The translations under genes were made by a program, and so were the position numbers. From a virus: a stretch of 46,628 nt of DNA. The stretch is from positions 1 to 46,628 of IMG/VR virus record IMGVR_UViG_3300034032_000007; one strand, written 5' to 3'. The notes under the pieces are model-generated. The model saw only the letters and a list, made by a program, of their open reading frames with translations. It was not told where the DNA came from and ran no database searches. This document shows, piece after piece, positions 18,128 to 27,180 of the stretch. Numbering within the stretch: the first letter of the stretch is position 1; each line of letters opens with the position of its first letter.

Positions 18128-18520
18128 TCAGCCGCTTTCGGGGCGCAAGCGGTACTCATAGGTGTCGGCGTCGAACTTGTGCGGCGATGCGTAGCGGTGC
18201 GCCTCGTGCCAATCGCCAGCCAACTCAGGATGGTACTCGTTGGGTGTGCGCTCCCGGTACATGATGACCTTGCCTTCCTGATAGGCGTCGTACACATGGT
18301 CATAGACACGCTCCGGTTCGGGCTCCGGTTCGGCCGGCTGAGCGATGTTGACGCCGATGAACATATCCACGTCATCGGATACGATTACTGCACGAATGCC
18401 CTTGGCGGTCAGCAGTTGCATCACCCGCTCGACATGCTCAACAGACCACGGCTTGCGCGGTCGGAGGATGAGCGTTTCGCCTTCAGCAAGGGTGATGCGG
18501 TCCAGGTCGTTGATGTCCAT
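18128..18520 (-). CDS. hypothetical protein
   Basis: 130-aa ORF whose start overlaps the polymerase stop. It has an acidic PEPEPEPE linker and no recognised motif. Confidence 0.6.
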   Translation of the reverse strand: MDINDLDRITLAEGETLILRPRKPWSVEHVERVMQLLTAKGIRAVIVSDDVDMFIGVNIAQPAEPEPEPERVYDHVYDAYQEGKVIMYRERTPNEYHPELAGDWHEAHRYASPHKFDADTYEYRLRPESG

Positions 18521-20571
18521 TACTTCCTCTTTCGGTATTGGTTGCGTGAGATTTCAATGCATACGCTATGAGGGCTGACGCAATATGACCAATCTTCGTG
18601 TGCGTGCCCAACAATTAGCGTGTCAGTTTCATCGTGGTGCCAGTATCGCACCGGCACGCCGAGCGTTGCCAACATTTCCATCGCGTTGTTCTCATACTTC
18701 TGATAGTCAATGTCGCTGGGGAAGGCAAGCGGCAAGTCCATACACGGCATTGCACCGTCGCTGGTGGCCACCTTGTGCCCGTGCTTGTTGACGATGTGAC
18801 CGCCCTGCCATGCGGAGTAGTACCACCGCACCGCCTTGCCCAGCCACGCACCCTCATTGCCGTCCTTGTCGATAAAGGTTCCACCGCCAGTCACACCACG
18901 TAGCACGATGAACTTGCGGATGTCGCGGCACTGCTTGATGGTTTCGTCTATCGGCTTGCCATCTTTCAGGTAAGCCACGACGGCATCGGCGCAGATGTCC
19001 ATGTTTGGACCCTTGCCTTGCGGTCCTGCCAATACGCCGCTTTGTCCGAACGCACCCTTGCGCTTGACCTTGCCGTCCGTGCCGATGGCGATGTAATTGT
19101 TCACGTCGCGCTGCCAGATCGAGCTGTACGTAGTGGCTTCCATTTCCAGGCCGGTCTGTCGCTCCCACCACTTCACGATTTGATCGGCGATCATGTCGAA
19201 GCCGCGCGGGATTTTCAGCACGATGCCATCGGTGTTTGCGCTCAGCACTTCGATGCCGGATGCCTCCATCATTTCAATGAGCATCAGCAGCGCGAGCTGC
19301 CCGGTCAGCGTGGTGCGGATACCGAGTTCCGGCGCGAACAGAACGCTCCACTTGCTAAAGAGCTTTCCGAACGTGCCGTTCAACACAATCTTGAGCCCGT
19401 CACTTTCCGTGCCGAGGCGCTTGGATTCCTCCAACAGTTCCGCCGCGCCCATCGCCTTGTACAGATCACCGATGCGTGCTGATTCGGCCTTGGATGAAAG
19501 CCGGCGATCATAGATGCCACGGTAGATGCGCGAAAACGCCTCGCCCAACTGTTCCGGCACCATGCCCATCGTCAGGATAAGTGACGGGTAGTAGCTCTTA
19601 ACGTCGATGTCGCGGATGGTGAACGTGTCATCGGCGATGTAGTGCCGGCATTTTTCGGTGGAGTGCAAGCCACCGATACCCAGGCGGTACTTGCCGTTGC
19701 CGATGATGATGTCGCGCCCGCTCAGTGCTTCAGGGATATGCACGCCAGTGCGAATCTTAGGCGCGTTCTCATCCTCCGGGTCGTGGTAGCCGAGTGCCAC
19801 CGCTTCCTCTTTGTCGCGCACGATGAAGCGCGCAACCTGCACATCCGCCAGCAGTTGCTGCAACTGCGGCGACACGTACCGGATGTAACCGGGCGGTGTA
19901 TAACCGAACGTGAACTTGTCGGGGATGTATCGCTTGGCTGGCTTAAAGTCCAACTGCGCCTTGATCACCGCTTCCGCAATCTGTGCGTCCGATTTGCTAC
20001 GCACGTCGATGTTGTATCGCTCGCCGATGGCGATGCGAAGCTGGATGCGCTCCCAGATTTCCTTGCGCAACAGCCATGTGCCAACAAGGTCGTTGCCGCA
20101 GTAGTCAGCGATGACGAAGCGCGCGGTTGCATCGAGCGCGGTGGAGGGATCGTATGGCAAGTCCTGCAACTTGGGCGCGTGCAGGCGACCCATGTACATC
20201 TTGAGGCTGATGCGCACGCCTGGGCTGACTTCCATGATGTCTATGTGGTCAATGAACGCGAGCGGTTCTATCCCCCACTTTTTGTAGAAGTCCCACGGCT
20301 GCACGTTGCGCACGATGATGTCGTCGTTGGCTTCCTTCAGTTGCGCGGTGTCCGCGCCATAGAGCGCCAGCGTGATCATCTGCATGTCGTAATGATTGCC
20401 ATTGAACGTAACGATGGTTACGCGCGATAGCGTGTCGGTCAGACCTTGGATGTCCAGTGGCTGACCGGGCCACATGCCGTAGCTCGCATATTGATTGGTG
20501 GCACTGTCGTACAGCTTGCACAGCCAGTAGTCCGGGTAGCATTCGGTGTCGCATTCAACAAGCGGACGCAT
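18520..20571 (-). CDS. family B DNA polymerase with 3-5 exonuclease
   Basis: Exo I: ECDTE. Exo II: NGNHYD. Exo III: YCGNDLV. Pol A: DIDVKSYYPSLI. Pol B: KIVLNGTFGK. Pol C: SANTDGI. Start taken at ATG 20571 (MRPLVECDTE), which overlaps the upstream stop as TGATG; the track's longer start is rejected. Confidence 0.85.
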   Translation of the reverse strand: MRPLVECDTECYPDYWLCKLYDSATNQYASYGMWPGQPLDIQGLTDTLSRVTIVTFNGNHYDMQMITLALYGADTAQLKEANDDIIVRNVQPWDFYKKWGIEPLAFIDHIDIMEVSPGVRISLKMYMGRLHAPKLQDLPYDPSTALDATARFVIADYCGNDLVGTWLLRKEIWERIQLRIAIGERYNIDVRSKSDAQIAEAVIKAQLDFKPAKRYIPDKFTFGYTPPGYIRYVSPQLQQLLADVQVARFIVRDKEEAVALGYHDPEDENAPKIRTGVHIPEALSGRDIIIGNGKYRLGIGGLHSTEKCRHYIADDTFTIRDIDVKSYYPSLILTMGMVPEQLGEAFSRIYRGIYDRRLSSKAESARIGDLYKAMGAAELLEESKRLGTESDGLKIVLNGTFGKLFSKWSVLFAPELGIRTTLTGQLALLMLIEMMEASGIEVLSANTDGIVLKIPRGFDMIADQIVKWWERQTGLEMEATTYSSIWQRDVNNYIAIGTDGKVKRKGAFGQSGVLAGPQGKGPNMDICADAVVAYLKDGKPIDETIKQCRDIRKFIVLRGVTGGGTFIDKDGNEGAWLGKAVRWYYSAWQGGHIVNKHGHKVATSDGAMPCMDLPLAFPSDIDYQKYENNAMEMLATLGVPVRYWHHDETDTLIVGHAHEDWSYCVSPHSVCIEISRNQYRKRK

Positions 20572-20903
20572 CAGTAAAACTCCACGGCGTTGGGGCAATC
20601 TTTGATGGTGTATGTGATGGGTAAACCGACAACACCATCTTTGCCGTCGATGGATGAAATGGTGCAAGCGTTTGCCAGCATTTCACATTCCAATGCGAAC
20701 CTAACACCATAGCCGAGGCGGATACCTACAGCCGGCAGGATCGACTTTGAGTTGTGTTCTGCGAGCAGGGCGTGGAGTTGGGTTATCACGGGCGTTGGTG
20801 TATCCGCGTCGCCAAGATCGGAACGCGGCGTTTTCGGTGCTGTAACTGTATGGGACGGCAGTAACGGGAGCGCCACGTAAAAACGCCATGCGACCTGATG
20901 CAT
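20571..20903 (-). CDS. hypothetical protein
   Basis: ATG 20903 is preceded by GGAGG with a 6-nt spacer. 110 aa, coupled to the polymerase gene. Confidence 0.55.
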   Translation of the reverse strand: MHQVAWRFYVALPLLPSHTVTAPKTPRSDLGDADTPTPVITQLHALLAEHNSKSILPAVGIRLGYGVRFALECEMLANACTISSIDGKDGVVGLPITYTIKDCPNAVEFY

Positions 20904-20914
20904 ACGCTGCCTCC

Positions 20915-20944
20915 AAAGAAACACACCCGCGCTTGGCGGGTGTG
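20915..20944 (-). terminator. intra-operon rho-independent terminator/attenuator after the SSB-like gene
   Basis: Minus strand: CACACCCGC-caagc-GCGGGTGTG followed by TTTCTTT, then immediately GGAGG and ATG 20903. Confidence 0.6.
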
Positions 20945-20972
20945 CTGTTGCGGTCAGAACTGCGCGTCACTG

Positions 20973-21914
20973 TTAGCCGACGCGGATCATGTGGCCGGCA
21001 CCAATCAGCGCGTCATCGGTCCAGCCGAGGCCGTGCAGTGCTTCGCGGGTGCTGCCCTGTGCGGACGGCTGCATGATGAACTGCGGGCCGGCTGCGGCGG
21101 GCGGCGGGCCGAGGCCAGCACCGGGCGGCGTGAGCCCTGGCAGGCCAGCAGGCGCTGCTGCAACGGCAGGCGGTGCCAGTCCCGGCAGGCCGGCAGGCGG
21201 AAGGCCCACGGGCGGCTGCTGGGTGATGATGCCAGCGGGTACAGGCGGCGCACCCGTGCCCGTCAGCAACGGGCCAGCAGTGACCACCACGCCCGGAGGT
21301 GCCTGCGGAACCGGAGCGGAGCCGAACACCTTGGACGCATCGGGACCGCTGACGATTTCGTCGTAAGCCCACGGCATCATTTCCACGAGGTTGGGCGAAA
21401 CGAACAGGCCGGGGACTGCCTGACGATTCGACGGGTCCACGCCGTTGCCGTCGATGGTGCCGCTGACGCGGATGTAGCAACCCTTGCGGATCACTTCATC
21501 GGGGTTCTGGATCACCTGGGAAATGTCGTACTTGCCCAGATGGAAACAGCGCGGCGCATAGCGCGTGGCCATCTTGAAAATGTAGTGGCCAGCAAAACCC
21601 GGCTTGCCCGCAACGGACTGGCCGCTGTCGTCGGTGCCGTCACCGTCCTGCACCTTCCACGCGAAACGCGGATGGCTGATGTTGCCCGAGGCATCGAGCA
21701 GATGCGGGAACGAAAGTTTCGCCTGCGCCACGTACAGCGCGTAGAACGCCGGCAAGTCCTTGTCGTCCTTGCGGATGGCGAGCGCGATGAAGCACTCGTT
21801 AACCGGCTGGCCGGTGTCGGTCAGAACGGGCTGACCCTTCATGTCCTTTTTGGGCTGAAGGGTCATGCTGCCCTGCACGAGTCGGCCGACTGGCGAAATG
21901 AATTGCGTTGACAT
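20973..21914 (-). CDS. single-stranded DNA-binding protein-like (DUF2815/gp2.5-like) with Pro/Ala/Gly-rich linker
   Basis: 313 aa with SD GGAG. Its position between the DUF2800 nuclease and the polymerase is typical of DUF2815-type SSBs. The N-terminal ~200 aa are globular, followed by a low-complexity linker and a short C-terminal module. The assignment rests on context and general resemblance. Confidence 0.55.
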   Translation of the reverse strand: MSTQFISPVGRLVQGSMTLQPKKDMKGQPVLTDTGQPVNECFIALAIRKDDKDLPAFYALYVAQAKLSFPHLLDASGNISHPRFAWKVQDGDGTDDSGQSVAGKPGFAGHYIFKMATRYAPRCFHLGKYDISQVIQNPDEVIRKGCYIRVSGTIDGNGVDPSNRQAVPGLFVSPNLVEMMPWAYDEIVSGPDASKVFGSAPVPQAPPGVVVTAGPLLTGTGAPPVPAGIITQQPPVGLPPAGLPGLAPPAVAAAPAGLPGLTPPGAGLGPPPAAAGPQFIMQPSAQGSTREALHGLGWTDDALIGAGHMIRVG

Positions 21915-21918
21915 TGTG

Positions 21919-22116
21919 TTACTCCTGGGTGGACGTTACGGTTGCATTGAGCAGTGCGGTCGCGGCTTCGCCACGGCGCTTTGCCGCAGCACTGTATTTT
22001 GCTTCTGCCGCGCTCAAAGCGTCTGATGCCGCTTCAAGTTCATTCTGCGCTTGCACGACAGCCGCGTGGGCATCGCGGTACTTTTGTTGCGCATCGGTAA
22101 CTTTTGTGATTGCCAT
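21919..22116 (-). CDS. small coiled-coil hypothetical protein
   Basis: 65 aa, Ala/Glu/Lys-rich helix, with SD-like GGTG upstream. Confidence 0.5.
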   Translation of the reverse strand: MAITKVTDAQQKYRDAHAAVVQAQNELEAASDALSAAEAKYSAAAKRRGEAATALLNATVTSTQE

Positions 22117-22207
22117 GTTTCACCTTATCCAAATGTGGCGAGCGTCGCGGGTTTTGATGCGGTCTTGGATCGTGATGTAGCACAAACGCCAGTACGCGAT
22201 GTCGGCA

Positions 22208-23314
22208 CTACGGGGGTTGCTGAAATGCTTTTCGTGCCTCATAGGGGTCCACCTTCGTGAGTCGCACACCCGTTGACGGCTTGTGCGCAAACATTGCCAC
22301 CAAGCTGCTAGGCAGGACTTTGCGAAGCTGATTGGGGGTCATTGCACGCATCGGCTTGGCAGCGTTGACGCCTTGCAAATGCGCGAGCGTGAGAATGCGT
22401 TGCTCGCCACCTTCCTTCCATGTCTCGCGTGCGTAGGACGGTGCCAGCGTCCAGCCGTTGACTTGCTTGCCGTTGCGCAACATGGACTCAGCTTGCGTTT
22501 CCAGTCCGGTGACGCGCGCCTCCAATTTCTTGGCAGCATCCTTCAGGCGGCGTAGCTCATCGCCGAGTGCAGCGGGTGACAGTTCAAACGGGTCGCCCTG
22601 ATATGCACGCTCCAACGCGGTGAGCGCACTGTTCTGCAACGCAACGCATACGTGCCGGCCTGGGCAGTCACCACATCCGGGGTTGGGGACGTACTGCGTT
22701 TCGCGGCGGGCAGCGAGGATAAGCACGTTGATGTGACCGATGATGTCGGCGAGCTTGCACACCCACTTGCGCACCGGACCATCACGGTGACTGGATCGCG
22801 GCTGCACGATGACAAACTCGATAGTCACATCCTGATCCCACAACCCGAGCAAATCGAGCAGGCCGACCGCGTAGCAAATCATCTGCCAGTTGTCCCACAC
22901 TTCAACGAACCGGAAACCAAACTTGAGGTCCGCGATGTAGAGCCGCTTGAGCGTGGGGTTGTAGGCGAACGCATCTGGCGTGCCGGTCAGACCCTGTAGA
23001 ATGCGATCAATCGGAATGGACTTTTCGCACACCGGCACCGCTTCGCCCCACGAGCGCAGAACGTCGTGGTAGAGGTCGCAGGCGTCAAACATTTCGTCCG
23101 TCAGCACGCGACCGTTGGGGGCAAGCGTTCCTTCCGCGTGGTGCCGCCCTTCCCACAACTCAGCAGCCAGCCAATGACATGCAGTGCCATCGTCCGTGAC
23201 TTCGCTGTCGGCTTCGTCAGGTGCAGCCGGGAACATCGCTCTCATGTCGATGCTCCCGCTGCATGCAACCCACGTTGCCGCGCTAGAGGGACGAATGTAC
23301 TTAGCGCGGCTCAT
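22208..23314 (-). CDS. PD-(D/E)xK nuclease, DUF2800/Cas4-like
   Basis: N-terminal IRPSSAATWVACSGS (compare PSS..RW..CPGS of DUF2800), D..ADLKFG nuclease core, and C-terminal Cys cluster CGDCPGRHVC. Confidence 0.75.
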   Translation of the reverse strand: MSRAKYIRPSSAATWVACSGSIDMRAMFPAAPDEADSEVTDDGTACHWLAAELWEGRHHAEGTLAPNGRVLTDEMFDACDLYHDVLRSWGEAVPVCEKSIPIDRILQGLTGTPDAFAYNPTLKRLYIADLKFGFRFVEVWDNWQMICYAVGLLDLLGLWDQDVTIEFVIVQPRSSHRDGPVRKWVCKLADIIGHINVLILAARRETQYVPNPGCGDCPGRHVCVALQNSALTALERAYQGDPFELSPAALGDELRRLKDAAKKLEARVTGLETQAESMLRNGKQVNGWTLAPSYARETWKEGGEQRILTLAHLQGVNAAKPMRAMTPNQLRKVLPSSLVAMFAHKPSTGVRLTKVDPYEARKAFQQPP

Positions 23315-23317
23315 GGA

Positions 23318-24037
23318 TCAGCCGCCGAGCTGCGCGCGGATGTAGGTTTCGATCTGCGGAATGAGCGCCGGGTTGTGCGCCAGATTCTGCAACGAACCTT
23401 CCGCGACGCCGTATGCAGCCAGCACCTGACCGACCCACTCAGCGGTGAGGCGACCGGCAGGGTTGGCCGGCGATGCGGTGTTGTCGGCGATGAACTGCAC
23501 GAACGCGGTGTACGCCGGATCGGCGATGGGCTGCACGTTGGCACCCGGCAGCGACGGCAGGCCCTGGCCCGGAAGTGCGGGCGGCGTGGCAGCAGCGAGC
23601 GGAGCGATGGCAGGCGGCGTGGCGGTCGGCGTGGCACCCACGGTGGCGAGAAGTTCGGCTTCCACCTGCTTGACGATGGCGGGATTGACGCCGCGCTTGA
23701 GCCGCCACACGCCCTTGTCGGTGATGGCCTTGCTGCTGGAATGGATGCGCTCATCCCACGGCATGCCGTTCTTGTCGGCGGCGGGAACTTCTGCGGTCGC
23801 GGCAGGCGGCGTGGCATTGGCAGCGGCAGGCAGCGTGTTGGTCTGCACCGCGAGGCCGTTGGCGGTGACGCCGTTGGCGGTGGCGGGAACTTCCGCGCCC
23901 ACGAGGTACGCGGGGTCCACGCCAGCGGTGCCGGTCGGGCCGTAAACACGGTCGATCACGTCATGCGCGTGTTCGATTTCCTGCTGCGTTGCGTCGAATG
24001 CCAAGGCGATGAGAATGCAGTTGCGGAGGTTGTTCAT
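23318..24037 (-). CDS. hypothetical early protein
   Basis: ATG 24037 with SD GAGGA. 239 aa with Pro/Ala/Thr-rich linkers and a conserved-looking MPWDERIHSSSKAITDKGVWRLKRGV block. The track's longer N-terminus is rejected. Confidence 0.6.
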   Translation of the reverse strand: MNNLRNCILIALAFDATQQEIEHAHDVIDRVYGPTGTAGVDPAYLVGAEVPATANGVTANGLAVQTNTLPAAANATPPAATAEVPAADKNGMPWDERIHSSSKAITDKGVWRLKRGVNPAIVKQVEAELLATVGATPTATPPAIAPLAAATPPALPGQGLPSLPGANVQPIADPAYTAFVQFIADNTASPANPAGRLTAEWVGQVLAAYGVAEGSLQNLAHNPALIPQIETYIRAQLGG

Positions 24038-24054
24038 TGAGTCCTCAGTGGTGG

Positions 24055-24070
24055 GTGGCACGTTTGCCAC
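24055..24070. promoter_or_regulatory. palindrome GTGGCA-cgtt-TGCCAC (operator-like) in the divergent control region
   Basis: Read directly. It lies just downstream of the leftward -10 and overlaps the candidate rightward -35. Confidence 0.4.
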
Positions 24071-24077
24071 AGGACCG

Positions 24078-24106
24078 ACAATACGGTAGCTTTGAAATTG
24101 TGTCAA
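24078..24106 (-). promoter_or_regulatory. sigma70-like leftward promoter TTGACA-N17-TATTGT
   Basis: The -35 is at 24106..24101 and the -10 at 24083..24078 on the minus strand, about 40 nt upstream of ATG 24037. A weaker rightward candidate is TTGCCA(24064)-N17-TAGCTT(24087). Confidence 0.5.
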
Positions 24107-24131
24107 CTCCCTCAGACAAAAGGTGGCAACA

Positions 24132-24323
24132 GTGGATTGGAAAAGCACAGAGGGGCCGCTACTGCCCACGTTCGGGCGCGACGTGTGGCTCTACAGCCGG
24201 ATAACGGGAGAGTGGGGCAAGGGTCGGCGGATCGGAACGGGCTGGGTGCACCCGGACAGCAGGCCGTTCAAGGGTGCAACAGATTGGGCAGAGTTCGTCG
24301 CACCGGATGAGACAACCCCGTGA
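24132..24323 (+). CDS. small hypothetical protein (first gene of the rightward early operon)
   Basis: GTG 24132 is preceded by AAGGTGG with a 6-nt spacer; the track start is GTG 24123. The stop overlaps the helicase start (GTGA). Trp-rich, with faint DUF551-like character. Confidence 0.45.
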   Translation: MDWKSTEGPLLPTFGRDVWLYSRITGEWGKGRRIGTGWVHPDSRPFKGATDWAEFVAPDETTP

Positions 24324-26023
24324 CCTATCAACTCGCCGACTTTCAGGAGGATGTGGTTGGCAAAATCTATGGCGCGTACAGGGATGGTGCGCGCAATGTC
24401 ATGCCGGTGCTGCCAACAGGTGCCGGCAAGACGGTCATCATGGGGCACATCGCGCACGAGTACGACGGCTTTGGCGTGAGCATCGCGCATCGTGGTGAGC
24501 TGGTGGGACAGATGAGCGTCGCACTGGCACGCGAGGGTAAGCGGCACGACATCATCGCGCCCGACTCGCTTATCCGCACCATCGTGGGTGCGCACATGGA
24601 GGAAATCGGCAAGAGCTATTACGACTCGCGCGCCAACTGGAAGGTGAGCAGCGTCGATACGCTCATCAAGCGCGATCTGCCAGCCACCTGGACCAAGCAG
24701 GTAGGCATGGCGCACATTGATGAAGGGCATCACTGCCTTGAGAACAACAAGTGGGGCAAGGCGCTCAACATCTTTGACAACGCCTATGGCCTGCTGCCGA
24801 CTGCCACGCCCGAGCGTGCTGACCGCATCGGCCTGGGCCGTGGTCACGGTGGGATGGTGGATGCGATGGTGGAGGGGCCGGGTATGCGTTGGCTCATCGC
24901 CAATGGCTACCTGACTGATTACTTGGCCATCGCTCCGATCCCCGACGATCTGCACATGGAGGACGTGCAGGTAACCGCGACGGGTGAGTACAACATGGAG
25001 CAGACCCGCAACCGGGTCAAAGCCTCCAACAAGATCGTCGGCGATGTGGTGCGACACTACCTGACGCATGCGCGCGGCATGAAGGGCATCACGTTCGCGG
25101 TTGACATCGAGCATGCGCAAATCATCTGCGCCGAGTTCGTCAAAGCTGGCGTGCCTGCCGTGGTGGTGCATGCCAAGACGCCTGAGAGCGAACGACGCGA
25201 ATACATGCGTCGCTTCCGTCGCGGCGACCTGATGCAGTTGGTCAACGTCGATCTGTTCGGTGAGGGCGTGGACGTGCCCGCCGTACAGGTAGTCAGCATG
25301 GCGCGACCGACCGCGAGCTATTCGCTGTACGTGCAGCAGTTCGGCCGTGCGCTTCGCTTGCTGGTGTCGCCGATCCTGCGAGCTGCGTGGCACACGTACA
25401 CGGCTGCACAGCGACTGGCGTTCATTGCTGAAAGCGAAAAGCCGCGTGCGCTCATCATTGACCACGTTGGCAACATCATCAAACACAATGGGCCACCGGA
25501 CTGGCGGCTTATCCCGTGGTCGCTTGAATCACCGCTCAAGCGTCGGCGTGCGAATGACGCTATTCCACTGCGCGCGTGTGCGAGCCCGACGTGCATGCAG
25601 CCGTTCTTGCGCATCTACCCGTCGTGCCCGTATTGCGGATGGACGCCACCCGAGCCCGCCGACCGTAGTAAACCCGAATTCGTTGACGGCGATTTGGTGA
25701 TGTACACGCCTGAGTTGTTGGAACAGCTATTTGGCGCAAAGAACGCGATAGACAGCGACTTCGTGCCGGTGCCCTACGGCGTTGCGCATGACTCGCCGAT
25801 TGCGTACAGGCTGCGGAACATCCATGCCAACAACAAGGCTGCGCAGCAGCAGTTGCGGACGGTCATGGACCTGACGTTGCCACCTGGGCAGGATGAGCGC
25901 GTGGCCAATCGCCGGTTCTTTCACACGTTCGGAATTGACAGACTTACGGCACAAGGTTTAACGTCGGCTGACGCGGAGGCATTGCGCCAGCGCATTCTTG
26001 AAAAACTAACCGGGGCAAAGTGA
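24320..26023 (+). CDS. superfamily 2 DNA helicase (DEAD/DEAH-like) with C-terminal zinc ribbon
   Basis: Walker A: PTGAGKT. Motif II: DEGH. Also LPTATPER and a helicase C-domain (LVNVDLFGEGVDVP, QQFGRALR). CxxxxC...CPYC follows near the C-terminal third. Confidence 0.85.
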   Translation: MTYQLADFQEDVVGKIYGAYRDGARNVMPVLPTGAGKTVIMGHIAHEYDGFGVSIAHRGELVGQMSVALAREGKRHDIIAPDSLIRTIVGAHMEEIGKSYYDSRANWKVSSVDTLIKRDLPATWTKQVGMAHIDEGHHCLENNKWGKALNIFDNAYGLLPTATPERADRIGLGRGHGGMVDAMVEGPGMRWLIANGYLTDYLAIAPIPDDLHMEDVQVTATGEYNMEQTRNRVKASNKIVGDVVRHYLTHARGMKGITFAVDIEHAQIICAEFVKAGVPAVVVHAKTPESERREYMRRFRRGDLMQLVNVDLFGEGVDVPAVQVVSMARPTASYSLYVQQFGRALRLLVSPILRAAWHTYTAAQRLAFIAESEKPRALIIDHVGNIIKHNGPPDWRLIPWSLESPLKRRRANDAIPLRACASPTCMQPFLRIYPSCPYCGWTPPEPADRSKPEFVDGDLVMYTPELLEQLFGAKNAIDSDFVPVPYGVAHDSPIAYRLRNIHANNKAAQQQLRTVMDLTLPPGQDERVANRRFFHTFGIDRLTAQGLTSADAEALRQRILEKLTGAK

Positions 26024-26196
26024 TGAAAGATGAAACGAGAATCGAATTGCCGGCCGGCGACGGCAAAACCGAAACCGATCTGATGCGCCTGCTGGAATCT
26101 GGCGTTCTTATTTTCATGGATCAAGCCATGTGCGCAGACGATGGCGTCAAGCGCGCGGTTGACTGGCTGCACGCCAAGTACGGGAGCGCGAAATGA
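26023..26196 (+). CDS. small hypothetical protein (57 aa; below the ORF-track cutoff)
   Basis: ATG 26023 overlaps the helicase stop (TGATG), and its stop overlaps the next start (ATGA). Translation by hand: MKDETRIELPAGDGKTETDLMRLLESGVLIFMDQAMCADDGVKRAVDWLHAKYGSAK. Confidence 0.45.
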   Translation: MKDETRIELPAGDGKTETDLMRLLESGVLIFMDQAMCADDGVKRAVDWLHAKYGSAK

Positions 26197-26465
26197 GCAA
26201 CGCAGTTGACGTACTGTTGGTGGGTGGCCCCAAGAACGGCAGCATGCTGTGCGTGCCGCGCCCCGTGGTCAATATCCCGGTCGATGCCGGCCAGTTGCAG
26301 GGTGACCCGGAGTACATCTATAACGTGCAGGCATGGACCGACCCGTTGAGCGGGAAGCGGTACTGGATCGGCACGCGCGAGAACGATCCGCCACCGAACG
26401 ATTCGGTTGTCACAGTCCTGATCCTCGTGCAGCAGATGCCACCATCCTGGGACTTGAACCCGTGA
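26193..26465 (+). CDS. hypothetical protein
   Basis: 90-aa ORF coupled on both sides by overlapping stop/start codons. Confidence 0.55.
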   Translation: MSNAVDVLLVGGPKNGSMLCVPRPVVNIPVDAGQLQGDPEYIYNVQAWTDPLSGKRYWIGTRENDPPPNDSVVTVLILVQQMPPSWDLNP

Positions 26466-26629
26466 ACCAAGTGCATGCGGTGTTGTTCTATCAGACGTTG
26501 ATGCTTACGCAGGGCGGGTCGCCCGCAATATTCCGCGACTTCGACACAGCCGACGCGTTCCGCAAGAACCTGATTGAACGCGGTTACGATCCGTACCAAG
26601 TCACTGTAATGACCTGTCAGGTGCTGTAG
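26462..26629 (+). CDS. small hypothetical protein
   Basis: GTG 26462 overlaps the upstream stop (GTGA). The C-terminal part of track ORF 26333..26629 looks protein-like. The start is uncertain (GTG 26471 is also possible). Confidence 0.4.
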   Translation: MNQVHAVLFYQTLMLTQGGSPAIFRDFDTADAFRKNLIERGYDPYQVTVMTCQVL

Positions 26630-27130
26630 GTGTGGATTGACCTATGGGCTGCAAAGCATGGGGTGAGTGCTGCGGCACTTGCCGATCTGCGCATGCAGTT
26701 GGGGGAGGATGACCACGCACCGCCCGTGGACGCGAAGGCAGGTGCGCCGGGTAGCGAGGCGCGGCAACAATCCCTGATCCGCCTGGACGCCGCTGAGCAT
26801 CGCGTGTGGCTGACGCGCAACAACGTCGGTGCGTTGCTCGATGAGCGGGGCGTGCCAGTGCGCTACGGGCTGGCCAATGAATCCAAGGCACAGAACAAGG
26901 CGGTCAAGTCGGCCGACCTTATCGGCATCCGCCGCGTGCTGATAGGTCCGCATCATGTCGGCATGGTGCTGGGTCAATTCGTCAGCATTGAATGCAAGGA
27001 ACAGGGCTGGACGTACAACCCACGCGACAAGCACACGGTGGCGCAAGCCGCATGGCGAGACTTCGTTCTGGCTAACGGAGGCTTTGCTACTTTTGCCACT
27101 GGACCGGGCGCATTTGACAGAACTGTCTAG
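26630..27130 (+). CDS. VRR-NUC domain nuclease
   Basis: PD-(D/E)xK pattern: ...SADLIGI...VSIECK. 166 aa, following the helicase in the replication/recombination module. Confidence 0.72.
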   Translation: MWIDLWAAKHGVSAAALADLRMQLGEDDHAPPVDAKAGAPGSEARQQSLIRLDAAEHRVWLTRNNVGALLDERGVPVRYGLANESKAQNKAVKSADLIGIRRVLIGPHHVGMVLGQFVSIECKEQGWTYNPRDKHTVAQAAWRDFVLANGGFATFATGPGAFDRTV

Positions 27131-27180
27131 TGGTGGCAATGTGCCCGCCTGTCCAACCCAACAATCAACCGGAGAAATTC

